This document shows, one piece after another, positions 42,563-53,359 of a DNA stretch of 64,000 bases; position 1 is the first letter of the stretch, and the number at the start of each line of letters is the position of its first letter. The position numbers and the translations under genes are program-made. The stretch covers positions 200,440 through 264,439 of the forward strand of contig JAOPTX010000007.1 of the NCBI GenBank assembly GCA_051532055.1, given 5' to 3'. The DNA comes from Fibrobacterales bacterium. Lineage in GTDB: Bacteria; Fibrobacterota; Fibrobacteria; Fibrobacterales; JAOPTW01. The notes beneath the pieces were generated by a model. The model did no database searches and had not been told where the DNA came from. It was given only the letters and a program-made list of their open reading frames with translations.

Positions 42563-42841
42563 AGTGTTCCTTTCTGCTTATCTGAGTACAAAGATACCAC
42601 ATTACTTCCCATAATTCTTGATTTTCACCCCAAAATGACCCTATTTGACAATAACAGAAATTACCTGACAATTGATGACAAATAGCTTTTTTCGCTGCCT
42701 CCCAACCACATACTCATCTATGCCACTCTCTTTTCGAATTTTTAGCATATAAGCTCAATATACAAGATTAGAGTGGCCCTTTTCGTAAAAACGTACTATC
42801 ATAAGAATCATAAACAGTTAAAAGTATTTAAAGGTAGTTCT

Positions 42842-43696
42842 ATGAAAAACCAAATCATAGAAGATAGAATTGGTGGTATTGAAGAGCTTCCAACACTTCC
42901 TCTTGTCATTAGACAAGTCCAAAAAGTGATGCGTGATCCCAATAGTAATATGGCAAATATTGCATCTATTATCACTAAAGACCAATCTCTCTCGACCAAG
43001 GTTCTCCGTCTCGTTAATTCTGCGCATTATGGCCTCAGAAGCCGTGTTACCTCTGTGTCTCAAGCAATTGTTATTCTAGGGCTCAATACTGTAAATAACA
43101 TTATGCTTGGTCTGAGCGTTATCAACATGTTTGATGAAAGCTCTGATTCGCTCTTTAACTATGATAAATTTTGGGAACACTCCTTTGGCTGTGCTCTCAT
43201 GGCAAAACACCTCAGTTCAGCTATGAACTACCCAGACCCAGAAATATGCTTTATCACCGGCCTACTCCATGATATTGGAAAATTAATTCAAGAGCAGTTC
43301 ATGCATAAAGATTTTGTTAAATGCCTCACCTTAACCCATTCAACCAAAAAACCTCTTGTAGAAAATGAGGAGAATATTTTTGGTTTTAACCATTCAGATC
43401 TTGGTTCTTACATTACTAACAAATGGGAGATTCCAGAAAACATATGTATCGCAATTCAATATCATCACAACCCACAAGACCTACCAGCAAATCTTGAAGA
43501 TAACAGAGATATAGTCAATATACTTGCTGCAGCAAACCAACTCTGTCAACTTGAAGGCCTCGGTGATCTCTCTGAAGAATATAAGCCCGTATTTGGAGAA
43601 GTGCTTCCTATTGACATTCCCCAAAATAAGCTTGACGAAATAATTGAAAAGACCAAAGAAGAGATTAAAATTACTCTCAAAGAATGGAATGCCTAA
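42842..43696 (+). CDS. HDOD domain protein
   Basis: LPTLP, DQSLSTKVLRLVNSA, FWEHS, GLLHDIGK, AIQYHH. Confidence 0.9.
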   Translation: MKNQIIEDRIGGIEELPTLPLVIRQVQKVMRDPNSNMANIASIITKDQSLSTKVLRLVNSAHYGLRSRVTSVSQAIVILGLNTVNNIMLGLSVINMFDESSDSLFNYDKFWEHSFGCALMAKHLSSAMNYPDPEICFITGLLHDIGKLIQEQFMHKDFVKCLTLTHSTKKPLVENEENIFGFNHSDLGSYITNKWEIPENICIAIQYHHNPQDLPANLEDNRDIVNILAAANQLCQLEGLGDLSEEYKPVFGEVLPIDIPQNKLDEIIEKTKEEIKITLKEWNA

Positions 43697-43721
43697 ATAA
43701 TTCCCTTTTTCTTCTACTGCT

Positions 43722-44402
43722 CTACAACAACTTTCGTTCATCCAATAGCGACACTACCATTGCAACTATTTCATCAGGGCTTAAGGTTTTACAATTGAAA
43801 ACCAAATCAAAAATTGAACGATCGGATTTTTTACCTTCAAAAAAGTCACGCAAATGCATTCGTTGTTCATCAATTTCCTTAACCTTCTTTTTAGCATCCT
43901 CTTCCGAGATAGAGAAGGTTTCACGAGTGATATCAACACGCCAATTATAGGGCGCCTGTAGTCGAATATGAATTGCATTCAAATGATCTTGAAGAAGCGT
44001 CACACCACCACGACCAACAATGATAACATGCCCCTCATCAGCTACACCATGTAACACTTCAGCAATGGTATTTCTAATTTTCATGTCACTTACTGGGAGT
44101 GGACTAAAGGAGGTTAGTATATCGCTCAACCCACCACTTTTCGCTTTAGCTACTGATTCTACAAACACTGGGTCTAGTTCCAATTTCTTCGCAGTATCTT
44201 CAATTATTTGTTTATCAACCCATCGCCATTGCACACCATACTTTCCATCTGGATTTCTTGCCTCAAGTGCCGCAGTTAATTTTTCTGCAACAAGTTTAGA
44301 AGGACACCCACACTCACGTGATATGGTAATCACCGGTTTGACATTCATATGCTCATCAAACTTTTGTCTTCTGAGAAGATAGTCTATGAATTCCTTTTTC
44401 AT
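43722..44402 (-). CDS. Cytidylate kinase-like family protein
   Basis: VITISRECGC, IIVGRGG, IRLQAP, FDLVFN. Confidence 0.8.
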   Translation of the reverse strand: MKKEFIDYLLRRQKFDEHMNVKPVITISRECGCPSKLVAEKLTAALEARNPDGKYGVQWRWVDKQIIEDTAKKLELDPVFVESVAKAKSGGLSDILTSFSPLPVSDMKIRNTIAEVLHGVADEGHVIIVGRGGVTLLQDHLNAIHIRLQAPYNWRVDITRETFSISEEDAKKKVKEIDEQRMHLRDFFEGKKSDRSIFDLVFNCKTLSPDEIVAMVVSLLDERKLL

Positions 44403-44531
44403 GATAGAGCCCCTATTAAAAGCCTTACCACTATTATATCACAGAATAACTATTAAAAGAGGTCTTTTAGAAAAACTTGAACCTTTTGAGTAAGTTGAGG
44501 GTTAAAAGCTAGAATTGAGGCACATCACCTA

Positions 44532-45284
44532 TTAGTGAATCACACCTACCCCTGCATTCTGAATGTAGCCCATTTTGCCTGTACCCAAATTTATAGAGAG
44601 CCAACCATCATTAGTTTCTAAAATTTCAAAGGTTGTACCTTCATGAATTTCAAACAAAATTTCAGAACTCTTACGAGGTTCACTTAACACAGAAGTACCA
44701 TCAGTTAAAAGCACGCCATGAGATAACGTATTAATCTGATACATTCTAAAAGAGATAGAAACACCAACAATAACCAATAAAAAAACAGTTCCAATAATGA
44801 CAGGATACAGTGTAAAACGAGCCGGCCCCCGTATCAGAAAAACAGCAGCAATAGTTACAAAAAGAATAAAGAGCAAGGCAATTACTACCAAGTGGGAGGT
44901 GTTCATATTCATGTACCGATACCACTTTGTAAGAATACCCGCTCCTGTCAAAACCTCTTCTTGTTTATCTTGAATCAGTGCACGCGCAAACTCTAGGTTT
45001 GCCTCTACATCTGGTTCTCCTGGATTCAACAGCAAGGATTTTTCATAATAGAGAATCGCCTTTCCAAGTTTTGCTTGACGATACCATGCATTACCTAAAT
45101 TGTAGTAGAGCACCCAACTATTAACACCTTCATTTGTGCAACTTTCAAAAAATTGCACCGCTTGAGCATACTTATCTGACTCATAGGCTTCAATACCTTT
45201 AACATAATAATCAGTGCATTTCTCAATAGTATCATCTGCAAATAAGGTACTCACCAATAAAACCATCACTATCAAATATTTCAT
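44532..45284 (-). CDS. batE: BatE-like TPR/SH3 protein
   Basis: YYNLGNAWYR, AILYYEKSL, two TMs, IHEGT SH3-like end; last gene of the bat cluster. Confidence 0.8.
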   Translation of the reverse strand: MKYLIVMVLLVSTLFADDTIEKCTDYYVKGIEAYESDKYAQAVQFFESCTNEGVNSWVLYYNLGNAWYRQAKLGKAILYYEKSLLLNPGEPDVEANLEFARALIQDKQEEVLTGAGILTKWYRYMNMNTSHLVVIALLFILFVTIAAVFLIRGPARFTLYPVIIGTVFLLVIVGVSISFRMYQINTLSHGVLLTDGTSVLSEPRKSSEILFEIHEGTTFEILETNDGWLSINLGTGKMGYIQNAGVGVIH

Positions 45285-47059
45285 ACTTTTTTCTCCAGTG
45301 ATTTCAAAAGTGTTTCTGCTCTATCAAAGTCGGATTGCATCTCTGTTGCTGACATCTGTAGCGCTGCGAATTGTGCTTTATCACACTGCAACATAAGGGC
45401 GCGATATTGACTAATCTGATCATCAGATACTTTTTTATCAGTCAGAACCTCAATAGCACTTTCAATAGTCAATCCTATGAACTCTACGGAAAGTTTGTCA
45501 CTTAAATACTTTGTCACAGCAGTATTGAGTTCTGAGTAAAAAAGTGCTACGTCATTACTATTCAAAGCATTCTGTGCTTCTCTTAATCGTTTAAGTGCTT
45601 GAGACCGTGCTTTACCACGACGCCTTTTGTCACTACTGAGTCCTGCTGAACCCCTCATTTTTTTTAATATCAATACCAAAAAGAGCGGCAATGATGTTGC
45701 ACAGATCAAAATCCAGTACCACACTTGAGAATGAATAGAAACGCCATCATTTTGTAATAACTCAATCTCCTTCTTAATAAAACGAATGTCAGACCCAAGA
45801 GAGCGAATCCTATCTTGAGATTGAACGAGCACTTGTTGCCCCGCAACAGATCCTGCCACCACTGTACCTTTTTTAACAGTAATACGTATTGGCCCCGAGG
45901 AACGACTCTTATACGTACCCGACTTTGGGTCAAAATAATTAAAAACAATAGGCTCAAGCTCAAAGGTTCCGGGAAGTTTTGGATACAAAAAGTACTTTGC
46001 TGTTTTAGTAGTACGAATCAACCCTCCTACCTCTCTCTTCGATGTGTTCACTTCAGGAGGAACTGTTCTAAATTGAGAGAAGTCAGGCAACTGAGGATTA
46101 GGAATTGCACCAGGCCTACCATTACCACTCATCTTCATTGTCAAGGTAATAGCATCCCCCATCTCAATCTCTTTTTTATCAAAGGCCGCTGAAAAACTAT
46201 ACTGCCCTACTAAACCACTAAAGGTCTTAGGTTTTCCTTTAGTGGGAAGTGGTTTAACATTAATCTCTACTTGAGGAGTCTTGGCTATTGCATCAATTGA
46301 TTTTGACTGAGTTGAACTAAAAAAGAACGATGAATTTCCCCGCTTTTCTTTTTTCTCTTCACGCTGTACTTGACCCTCTTTAGTATAACTCATCTCAATT
46401 GTTGGAAGAGATATTTTACCCGACTTCGTTGGAGATAAATAAGCATACTTCAAAATAGCCTGATCAACATAGGGAGCCTTTGCTCGTTTTTTCTCTAATT
46501 TCAATTCTTTGTTTTTGTGAGCCCAAAAACCTGTTCCAAAATCTTCTTTGCTAAAAGCAAGGTTGCCTTGATAGTTATCATAAAAGCCCATATTAATGGT
46601 ATATCTAAATTGCTCACCTACAAACAGTGATTTTTTAGAAAGAGTTGGGTAGATGGAGAGACCTTGTGCACTGTATCCTCGTTTGACATTAATACGAAGG
46701 TTCGCTTCTATATGCATAGGATTGTTATTTACCAACCAGGTAAAATTCTTAATAGTTTTAATACCTGAAGATTTCGCTTTTAGAGTGAACTTATAAACGG
46801 TAAACTTACTCACTCTCCCAAAGAAATCACGCTGGCTCTTATCTTCCCATTTTCTATTGAGAATCGTAATATCAGATTGTTTAAAATCAATTGAACCCTT
46901 TTTGGCATTAGGTACATTCTGAAAAAGAATGTTGAGAGTAAATTCACTGCCAACCCTTGGCTCGCGAGGATTAACCTCTACCGATATTCCAGCAAAAAGA
47001 CCCGTCACATTAAAAAGCATTGCTAAAATTATAAGCCGCTTAATCCATCCTATCATCAA
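45281..47059 (-). CDS. batD: BatD-family protein
   Basis: INVKPLP..FSGLVG, FNYFDP, DIRFIK, C-terminal TM. Confidence 0.82.
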   Translation of the reverse strand: MMIGWIKRLIILAMLFNVTGLFAGISVEVNPREPRVGSEFTLNILFQNVPNAKKGSIDFKQSDITILNRKWEDKSQRDFFGRVSKFTVYKFTLKAKSSGIKTIKNFTWLVNNNPMHIEANLRINVKRGYSAQGLSIYPTLSKKSLFVGEQFRYTINMGFYDNYQGNLAFSKEDFGTGFWAHKNKELKLEKKRAKAPYVDQAILKYAYLSPTKSGKISLPTIEMSYTKEGQVQREEKKEKRGNSSFFFSSTQSKSIDAIAKTPQVEINVKPLPTKGKPKTFSGLVGQYSFSAAFDKKEIEMGDAITLTMKMSGNGRPGAIPNPQLPDFSQFRTVPPEVNTSKREVGGLIRTTKTAKYFLYPKLPGTFELEPIVFNYFDPKSGTYKSRSSGPIRITVKKGTVVAGSVAGQQVLVQSQDRIRSLGSDIRFIKKEIELLQNDGVSIHSQVWYWILICATSLPLFLVLILKKMRGSAGLSSDKRRRGKARSQALKRLREAQNALNSNDVALFYSELNTAVTKYLSDKLSVEFIGLTIESAIEVLTDKKVSDDQISQYRALMLQCDKAQFAALQMSATEMQSDFDRAETLLKSLEKKV

Positions 47060-47635
47060 TTACCAATCCTTCACAGGTCTACCCTGGCCCTTGCCCCGTT
47101 TCCACTTCTCAGGGTCCTCTTTCGTCTCTTCTTCATTATAATTTTGAAGAAGTTCCTCTGCCTGTTCTGGTGTTAATTCACCCTCTTGCACTTCTGGCGG
47201 AGGAGTCTCAGTCGAATCAGCCTCAGTAGATTTATCTTCTTGAGGATCAGATTTTTCACTACTTGTATCGCTCGAAGAACTGCTCTCTTGACTAGACGAT
47301 ACTCCCGATTTATTTTTTTGATTTTGTTCTTCTTCTTGGTCCTGCTTATTTTCTTCTTGATTTTCTTGATCTTCTTGCTGCTCTTGGTCTTGATTTTGTT
47401 GCTGCTGCTGATCTTTCTTCTGTTCTTCTTGCTGCTCTTTGATCTCTTCGATACGTTCTTTGAGCATTTGCAGTTTTTCATTTTGCGGATGTCGACTGAG
47501 GCCCTCTTCTGCCTCAAGCAGGGCTTGATCAACTTTTGATCCAATATATAAAAAAGATGCCTTCTTAAAATAATCGTGTGCACTCTGAGCTGATGCGAGT
47601 CCAATTACAGTCAATATCATAGCGAGTAGTTTCAT
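47060..47635 (-). CDS. Exported protein resembling the BatC C-terminal half
   Basis: Signal peptide, short TPR-like region, Q/E/S-rich linker, PEQAEELL, terminal KDW. Confidence 0.6.
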   Translation of the reverse strand: MKLLAMILTVIGLASAQSAHDYFKKASFLYIGSKVDQALLEAEEGLSRHPQNEKLQMLKERIEEIKEQQEEQKKDQQQQQNQDQEQQEDQENQEENKQDQEEEQNQKNKSGVSSSQESSSSSDTSSEKSDPQEDKSTEADSTETPPPEVQEGELTPEQAEELLQNYNEEETKEDPEKWKRGKGQGRPVKDW

Positions 47636-47636
47636 A

Positions 47637-48377
47637 TTAAATTACCCCTATTTCGTTATCACCAGGATTATTCTCCAATGGTGTTTCTGGTTTACGCCCT
47701 TCATTAATATCAATCACATCCTGTAATCGCTGTACATAGGTCTTATATGAGCCAGCTGTTTCATCTTTGCTCATTACATCCTCTAGAACACCTTTAGCAT
47801 CATGATAGAGCTCTTGGGACGCTAGCTGTAATGCTTTTGCGAGTGCGGCCTTTGCATCTTTACTTGGAGGAGGTGGTGGTGGTTGATTAGGGTCTTGCTG
47901 CTGATCTTGTTGGTCTTTATGTTTATCAAGTTCTTCTTTTAGTTTAATTTGTATAAACTCTATATTCCGCTTTGCTTTTTCATAAGAGTCATCCTCTTCG
48001 AGAGATTTCTTAAGAGATGCAATCGCTTCTTTATACTTATCGATCTTTGCTTTAGGCTCTTGTTGCTGATTCCCCTCGCGAAAGGCAGTATTACCCATAT
48101 TAAAATAGGCATTGCGTGCAATAATACTATCCTCACCTAACGCTGATTTCCTCAGACTTTCCGTGGCTTTATCATACTTTTTTAGTCGATAATAACTGGT
48201 CCCTATATTATACTCAAGTATTTGTGAATCAGGCATATCAACTTGAGCTTGTAAATAAAGCTGGAGTGCCTCTTGATACTCCCCATCATCATACGCTTTA
48301 TTCCCATCATCAACAATTGAGCTGATGGCAGGAATCGTTAAAAGCAAAAAGGCAGAAAAAAACATTTTAAACGACAT
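47637..48377 (-). CDS. BatC-like TPR protein
   Basis: GNKAY, YNIGTSYY, YFNMGNTAF, AKRNIE. Confidence 0.7.
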   Translation of the reverse strand: MSFKMFFSAFLLLTIPAISSIVDDGNKAYDDGEYQEALQLYLQAQVDMPDSQILEYNIGTSYYRLKKYDKATESLRKSALGEDSIIARNAYFNMGNTAFREGNQQQEPKAKIDKYKEAIASLKKSLEEDDSYEKAKRNIEFIQIKLKEELDKHKDQQDQQQDPNQPPPPPPSKDAKAALAKALQLASQELYHDAKGVLEDVMSKDETAGSYKTYVQRLQDVIDINEGRKPETPLENNPGDNEIGVI

Positions 48378-49432
48378 TATACAAATCTCCCTTCCCATTT
48401 CTTCTTTTTCTTATGGCGATATGGTGTTGTTTTCTCAAGAATCGTAATACCTAGTGCAAGTAATTCGGGAAACAAAAGTAGCAATAATGCAAGGGCTAGA
48501 GGAATTTGAAAACGATCGACATACTGCTCCACATTTTCTCCCTCAACTTCTCGTTTTTCTCGCTGTTCAATTTCTTCAAGTATTTTAACGAGCTCAAATT
48601 CACCCGGACCTGCATGGTAATATTTCCCATCAGTAAGGAGTGCAATTTTTTGTAACGTTTGTTGATCTAACTTGGTAGTCACAATATTGCCGCGACGATC
48701 TTTTTTGTATTGAGGACTCCCATTTTTTCGCCCCACAGGTATGGGCACGCCCGCTGTAGAACCTATACCCACTGTGTATATCACTATTCCCTCTTCAGCT
48801 GCTTTCTTTGCCACTTCAAGCACTTTAGGGTCGTGTTCTTCTCCATCAGTAAGTAAAACAATAACTTGATACTTACGTTGTTTGGTATCAAAGGTTTCAA
48901 TAGCCTTTTCCATTGCCGCCCCAATATTTGTACCAGGCATCAGCATATTTGGATTAAGCTCATCCAAAAACATTCTCACCGCTGAATAATCGAGAGTCAA
49001 AGGACATTGTAGTTGTGGTTCTCCAGAAAAGGCGATCAATCCGATGCGATCTCCAGAAGAGCGTTCAAGAAAGCTACTAATCTCATGCTTTGAACGGGTC
49101 AGCCTATTTGGCTTTATATCTTCAGCAAGCATAGAAAGAGAAATATCTTGAACGAGAAGAACATCAAGTCCCTCCTGTTTCATGATTTCCATCTTAGTGC
49201 CCCACTGGGGCCGGATCATAGCAAGTACTAAAAATATGAAAGCGATAGCAACAAGAGTCGCCCTCAACATAAAGTTTCCATAGACGGCCGTGTTAGTAAG
49301 TTTTTCGACCATGCCCGCAGATGCAAACCTACGGAGTAACTGTTTTTTTCGTAAGAGCCCGTAGGAAAAAAGTATCACTAAAAGTGGTACGACAAAGAGA
49401 GCCCAAAAATATTCCGGTGATGCAATTTTCAT
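48377..49432 (-). CDS. batB: VWA protein BatB
   Basis: RPQWG, DISLSM MIDAS, PLTLDY, LLTDGEEH. Confidence 0.85.
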   Translation of the reverse strand: MKIASPEYFWALFVVPLLVILFSYGLLRKKQLLRRFASAGMVEKLTNTAVYGNFMLRATLVAIAFIFLVLAMIRPQWGTKMEIMKQEGLDVLLVQDISLSMLAEDIKPNRLTRSKHEISSFLERSSGDRIGLIAFSGEPQLQCPLTLDYSAVRMFLDELNPNMLMPGTNIGAAMEKAIETFDTKQRKYQVIVLLTDGEEHDPKVLEVAKKAAEEGIVIYTVGIGSTAGVPIPVGRKNGSPQYKKDRRGNIVTTKLDQQTLQKIALLTDGKYYHAGPGEFELVKILEEIEQREKREVEGENVEQYVDRFQIPLALALLLLLFPELLALGITILEKTTPYRHKKKKKWEGRFV

Positions 49433-50523
49433 GGTATTTTTATAAACCTCGTGTTAGCAAGAGTGATCTCTAATAGCAACAGCAGCGCTCCCGCAATTAA
49501 AAACCAGTAGAACTCTTCTTTATATTTTGTATAACTATGGGATTCGATCTCCGTTTTTTCAAGAGCATCGATTTCATCATAAATTGTAGCAAGCTCAGAC
49601 TTATTATTGGCATAGAAAAATTTACCATCAGTTTTTTCAGCAATAGATTTCAACAGTCCTACATCTGCACCCTGATTTTTATCTATAGCTGCTTCACCCC
49701 AAGACATTTCGCCGGTCCAAGGATTTTGACGCGAAACCAACATTGATCCTGACTTTTTACCTACGCCAACAGTATAAACCTTGACCCCCATAGTTTGTGC
49801 TACATTTGCAGCCTGAAGAGGGGTAATTGATCCTGCATTATTTGCACCATCCGTGAGTAATATAATCACTTTACTTTTCGCCTTAGAGTCTTTTAATCGA
49901 CTCGTCCCCGACATTATGGCATTGCCTATTGCGGTGCCATCTACAGAAACTGATTTATTATTAACGGTACTCAGAAATTGTTTCAGTATACCATAATCCA
50001 TGGTTAATGGACACTGTGTATAACTACGTCCCGCATAGATCACCAATCCCAGTCTATCAGTTTTACGTTTATCAACAAACTCACCGATAACATTTTTTGC
50101 AGCACCGAGTCTTGTGTAACGCTCATGTTGGCTTGAGTTATAGAATTTTTCCGCATCCATTCGTCCAATTTTAGCCATTTCCTTTGTAGTGAGCATATCA
50201 AGTGCTCCCATCGAACCAGAAACATCAAGAGCGAGTACAATATCAATTCCTTCTGAATTAATATATTCGAGAGCCTCACCACTTTGCGGACGAGCCAGAG
50301 CAACAATGAGTGCCATAACTGCTAAACACTTAATTACCAGCAACATATGTCGTAACTTGAGCGCCATACTCGTTTTAATGGTTTTAAGTTTTTGAATTCC
50401 CGAAAAGCGAATCGTGTATTTTTGACTATTCTGGGTTCGCACATAATTCCAAACCATAATCGGAATAATAACCAACAACCATAAATATTCAGGATTGTGA
50501 AGATTATAAAAAACCTCTTTCAT
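49429..50523 (-). CDS. batA: VWA protein BatA
   Basis: LARPQ, GIDIVLALDVSGSM, GTAIG, LLTDGANNAG, IDALEKT. Confidence 0.88.
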   Translation of the reverse strand: MKEVFYNLHNPEYLWLLVIIPIMVWNYVRTQNSQKYTIRFSGIQKLKTIKTSMALKLRHMLLVIKCLAVMALIVALARPQSGEALEYINSEGIDIVLALDVSGSMGALDMLTTKEMAKIGRMDAEKFYNSSQHERYTRLGAAKNVIGEFVDKRKTDRLGLVIYAGRSYTQCPLTMDYGILKQFLSTVNNKSVSVDGTAIGNAIMSGTSRLKDSKAKSKVIILLTDGANNAGSITPLQAANVAQTMGVKVYTVGVGKKSGSMLVSRQNPWTGEMSWGEAAIDKNQGADVGLLKSIAEKTDGKFFYANNKSELATIYDEIDALEKTEIESHSYTKYKEEFYWFLIAGALLLLLEITLANTRFIKIP

Positions 50524-51470
50524 TATACTGCCCCCTTAGTTGAATCAATAGGACCATTCACTGAGAGCTCTTCCGAAGGTTTTGTTTGTTCTACAAACCC
50601 TTCAACATACTCATTCAGCATCGTATTACTTGTATCATCTAAGGTCATTTTAGCAAACTTAATAAGATCCGTTTTTTCACAAAACTGAGGAAGCGCTTCT
50701 TTGAGTTCTCCTTCAATTTCAGAAATGAGTGTCACTCGCTCTAGAAGCTCTGCCGTTGTTGCTTCAGATGCATCAACATTAAAACGTCGAGATATATAAT
50801 GCTTCAAAATTTCAGTTAACTCAAAGAAATGATCTTTATAAGCACCCGTCTCCATGAGATTACGGTGTTTCAACTCATTCAATTGTTTTTTCGCCTCTTC
50901 ATAAGGGGGGAGAACAATAGCACTCTCCTTATTTCTTTTACGGCGAATCAGTACAATAATCAGAACTAGCAGAGCGAAACAGATACTACCGACAATAATT
51001 AATATTGTTTGAAGTGCCATGGGTGCACCAACAACGCCTTCAACTTCTAAAATATCTGTGACATCTTCACTATTTCTATTGAGGACAGTGATTTTTATGG
51101 GTTCAGTAAAAAGCTGAACTTTTGTCGTATCTCCTTTTGGCAAGAATTCTACAACTTGTGGGGGAACAACATATTCTCCCGATAAAAAGGTCGACAATAG
51201 GAGTGTCCACTTTTGAGTTGTCACTCCTTTTCCAGAAACCGATTCGCTCACTTGATGCTCACGCACCTCAAAGGTACCAAGATTACCAATAAGGCCCGGT
51301 AACTCAATAACTGATGAATCTGGGTAGGCTATGGTAATCATATATTCAAAACGATCACCAATATAAATTTCAGACCGACTCACTGTACTGTTAAGAGTAA
51401 CTTCCTGCGCTATCAGGCTCCCTACGCAGAGCAACATCAAAACCATAATTATTCTATACTGTTTCATCAT
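50523..51470 (-). CDS. Bat-cluster membrane protein (Ig-like domain, TM, helical C-terminus)
   Basis: Signal peptide, IYIGD, TM, PPYEEA, DLIKFAK. Confidence 0.7.
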   Translation of the reverse strand: MMKQYRIIMVLMLLCVGSLIAQEVTLNSTVSRSEIYIGDRFEYMITIAYPDSSVIELPGLIGNLGTFEVREHQVSESVSGKGVTTQKWTLLLSTFLSGEYVVPPQVVEFLPKGDTTKVQLFTEPIKITVLNRNSEDVTDILEVEGVVGAPMALQTILIIVGSICFALLVLIIVLIRRKRNKESAIVLPPYEEAKKQLNELKHRNLMETGAYKDHFFELTEILKHYISRRFNVDASEATTAELLERVTLISEIEGELKEALPQFCEKTDLIKFAKMTLDDTSNTMLNEYVEGFVEQTKPSEELSVNGPIDSTKGAV

Positions 51471-51471
51471 A

Positions 51472-52338
51472 CTACTTAATTTTATCCATATAAAGTTTAA
51501 CGTCATCTGCCTTGAGCAATTTGTCAATGTATTGACTGACAAGCACATTTTGTTTCTGCATCATATAGTCTTGGTGGACTTTTTGCTTCACTTGATCGTA
51601 ACTCACGGTATCGCCGTATTGGTCTTTATTTGCATTGTAAAAATTTACCACATCACTCTCCACAACAGATACATCTTTTAGCTCCTCTTTAATAGTAGCT
51701 TGAGCAAGTATCTGAGTCTCCACCTGAGCCATCTGTTGTTTGATTTCGGGTGCATCTGCAAGACCTTTTCTACGTGCAGCTCGTGCAGCAAGTATTGTCC
51801 CTATATAGTTCTGAGCCATTTGCTGTTTCTTAATAGGCTCTTCTGGGAGTTTTCCAAAAATATTTTCTACCTCTTCAAGGGTAATTTTTTGACCTCCAAT
51901 CTCAGCTACAACAGTGCCTGATACTGGTTCAACTGTTTTGTTCAGAGTAACCGCTTCAGATACATGCTGGCTCGCATCAAGGGAACGCCCTAACCGTTCA
52001 AGGCAGAGAACCATGTATTTATTAAGATTACCACTAAACTTTTCTTTTGGTGCAAGCGCCTTAATCATTGTATATGATGCCAATGCTCCTTTATAATCTG
52101 CGAGATTATCTTTTTGAATAGTCGCAATTTGATATAAAATGTTCGCACGCTTTTTGTTCTCTAAACTATGGTTATTCAAGAGAGACTCATATGTCTCAAT
52201 TGATGCAGTATACAGCTCTTGTTGTCTCAGTGCAGATGCCATTTTTTCAAGTTCATCAACACCGTATCCACCAGGAGTCTGACACCCTACAAGGCTCAAG
52301 ACTGACATAATAATTAATAGGTTACGCACGTTTTCCAT
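51472..52338 (-). CDS. Lipoprotein with TPR and SurA/PrsA N-terminal-like chaperone domain
   Basis: LVGC lipobox, TPR-like helices, VVAEIGGQKITLEEV, FYNANK. Confidence 0.6.
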   Translation of the reverse strand: MENVRNLLIIMSVLSLVGCQTPGGYGVDELEKMASALRQQELYTASIETYESLLNNHSLENKKRANILYQIATIQKDNLADYKGALASYTMIKALAPKEKFSGNLNKYMVLCLERLGRSLDASQHVSEAVTLNKTVEPVSGTVVAEIGGQKITLEEVENIFGKLPEEPIKKQQMAQNYIGTILAARAARRKGLADAPEIKQQMAQVETQILAQATIKEELKDVSVVESDVVNFYNANKDQYGDTVSYDQVKQKVHQDYMMQKQNVLVSQYIDKLLKADDVKLYMDKIK

Positions 52339-53218
52339 TCTCCTTTGAGCGCCTAATAAAAAAGTTCACTAGGGGCTTCAGGGTCTCTTTATAGCTATCT
52401 TCGATCTCGACCCGTACATAATCGACAGACATTTTCTTAAATACTTTCTCTAATTGATCTTGTTCTTTTGTTGCTCGTTTTGAAAAAGCAGCTCTAAAAG
52501 ATGCGTCCCCAGAATCTACAAGTACCGTTTCACCTGTTTCGGCATCTTCTAATTCCAAAAAACCCGCAGGAGGAAGTTCCATCTCACGAACATCACCCAC
52601 ATTCACAGCCAAGACATCATGACGCTGTTTAAGAAGTCTCAAACTTTTTTCAAATGACTCATCTTGAAAGTCACTCACAATCATAACAACTGCACGTCGG
52701 CTCATCATTTTGACTAAGTGCTCAAAAGCCACAGACATTTTAGTACCACGATGTTTTGGTTCAAAATAGAGGAGCTCTCGTATCAAACGTAAAACATGCT
52801 TTCTTCCCTTTTGAGGCGGGATAAATAGCTCGACTTCTGTAGTAAATATGAGAAGCCCTACTTTATCATTATTTTTAATGGCCGAAAATGCAAGTAATGC
52901 CGAAATTGTGGCCATTACCTCACCCTTCATCTCTTCCTTTGATCCAAAAGAGGCAGAGGCAGAAGCATCAACTACAAGCATTACCGTAAGTTCACGCTCT
53001 TCTGCAAACTTCTTTACATGTAAGTCCCCTGTACGTGCAGTCACGTTCCAGTCGATAGACCGAATATCATCACCTACTACATACTCACGTACTTCAGTAA
53101 ACTCCATACCATTACCTTTAAAGGTAGAGTGGTATGCTCCAGCCATTACACTATTGATAATCCCTTTCGTACTGATCTCAATGCGTTTTACTGTTTTTAA
53201 AATTTCTTTATTTATCAT
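52322..53218 (-). CDS. DUF58 (MoxR-associated VWA-like) protein
   Basis: GMEFTEVREY..GDDIRSIDWNVTAR, VSDF. Confidence 0.9.
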   Translation of the reverse strand: MINKEILKTVKRIEISTKGIINSVMAGAYHSTFKGNGMEFTEVREYVVGDDIRSIDWNVTARTGDLHVKKFAEERELTVMLVVDASASASFGSKEEMKGEVMATISALLAFSAIKNNDKVGLLIFTTEVELFIPPQKGRKHVLRLIRELLYFEPKHRGTKMSVAFEHLVKMMSRRAVVMIVSDFQDESFEKSLRLLKQRHDVLAVNVGDVREMELPPAGFLELEDAETGETVLVDSGDASFRAAFSKRATKEQDQLEKVFKKMSVDYVRVEIEDSYKETLKPLVNFFIRRSKENGKRA

Positions 53219-53359
53219 TTTATTTTCTCAGAATGACACAATAATCGTTCAATGTTACGCAACTCTGCACTGCTTGAAATAGAATATACAAGTTCTTGAA
53301 CCCTATACCCAATGGGTGAAAGAGTCTATTCCCTCGTAATTCATAACTTCAGCTAATCC

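Noticed and set aside
47173..47604. Overlapping alternative ORFs rich in K/I or L/F
   Set aside because: Shadow frames of the Q/E-rich low-complexity coding region.
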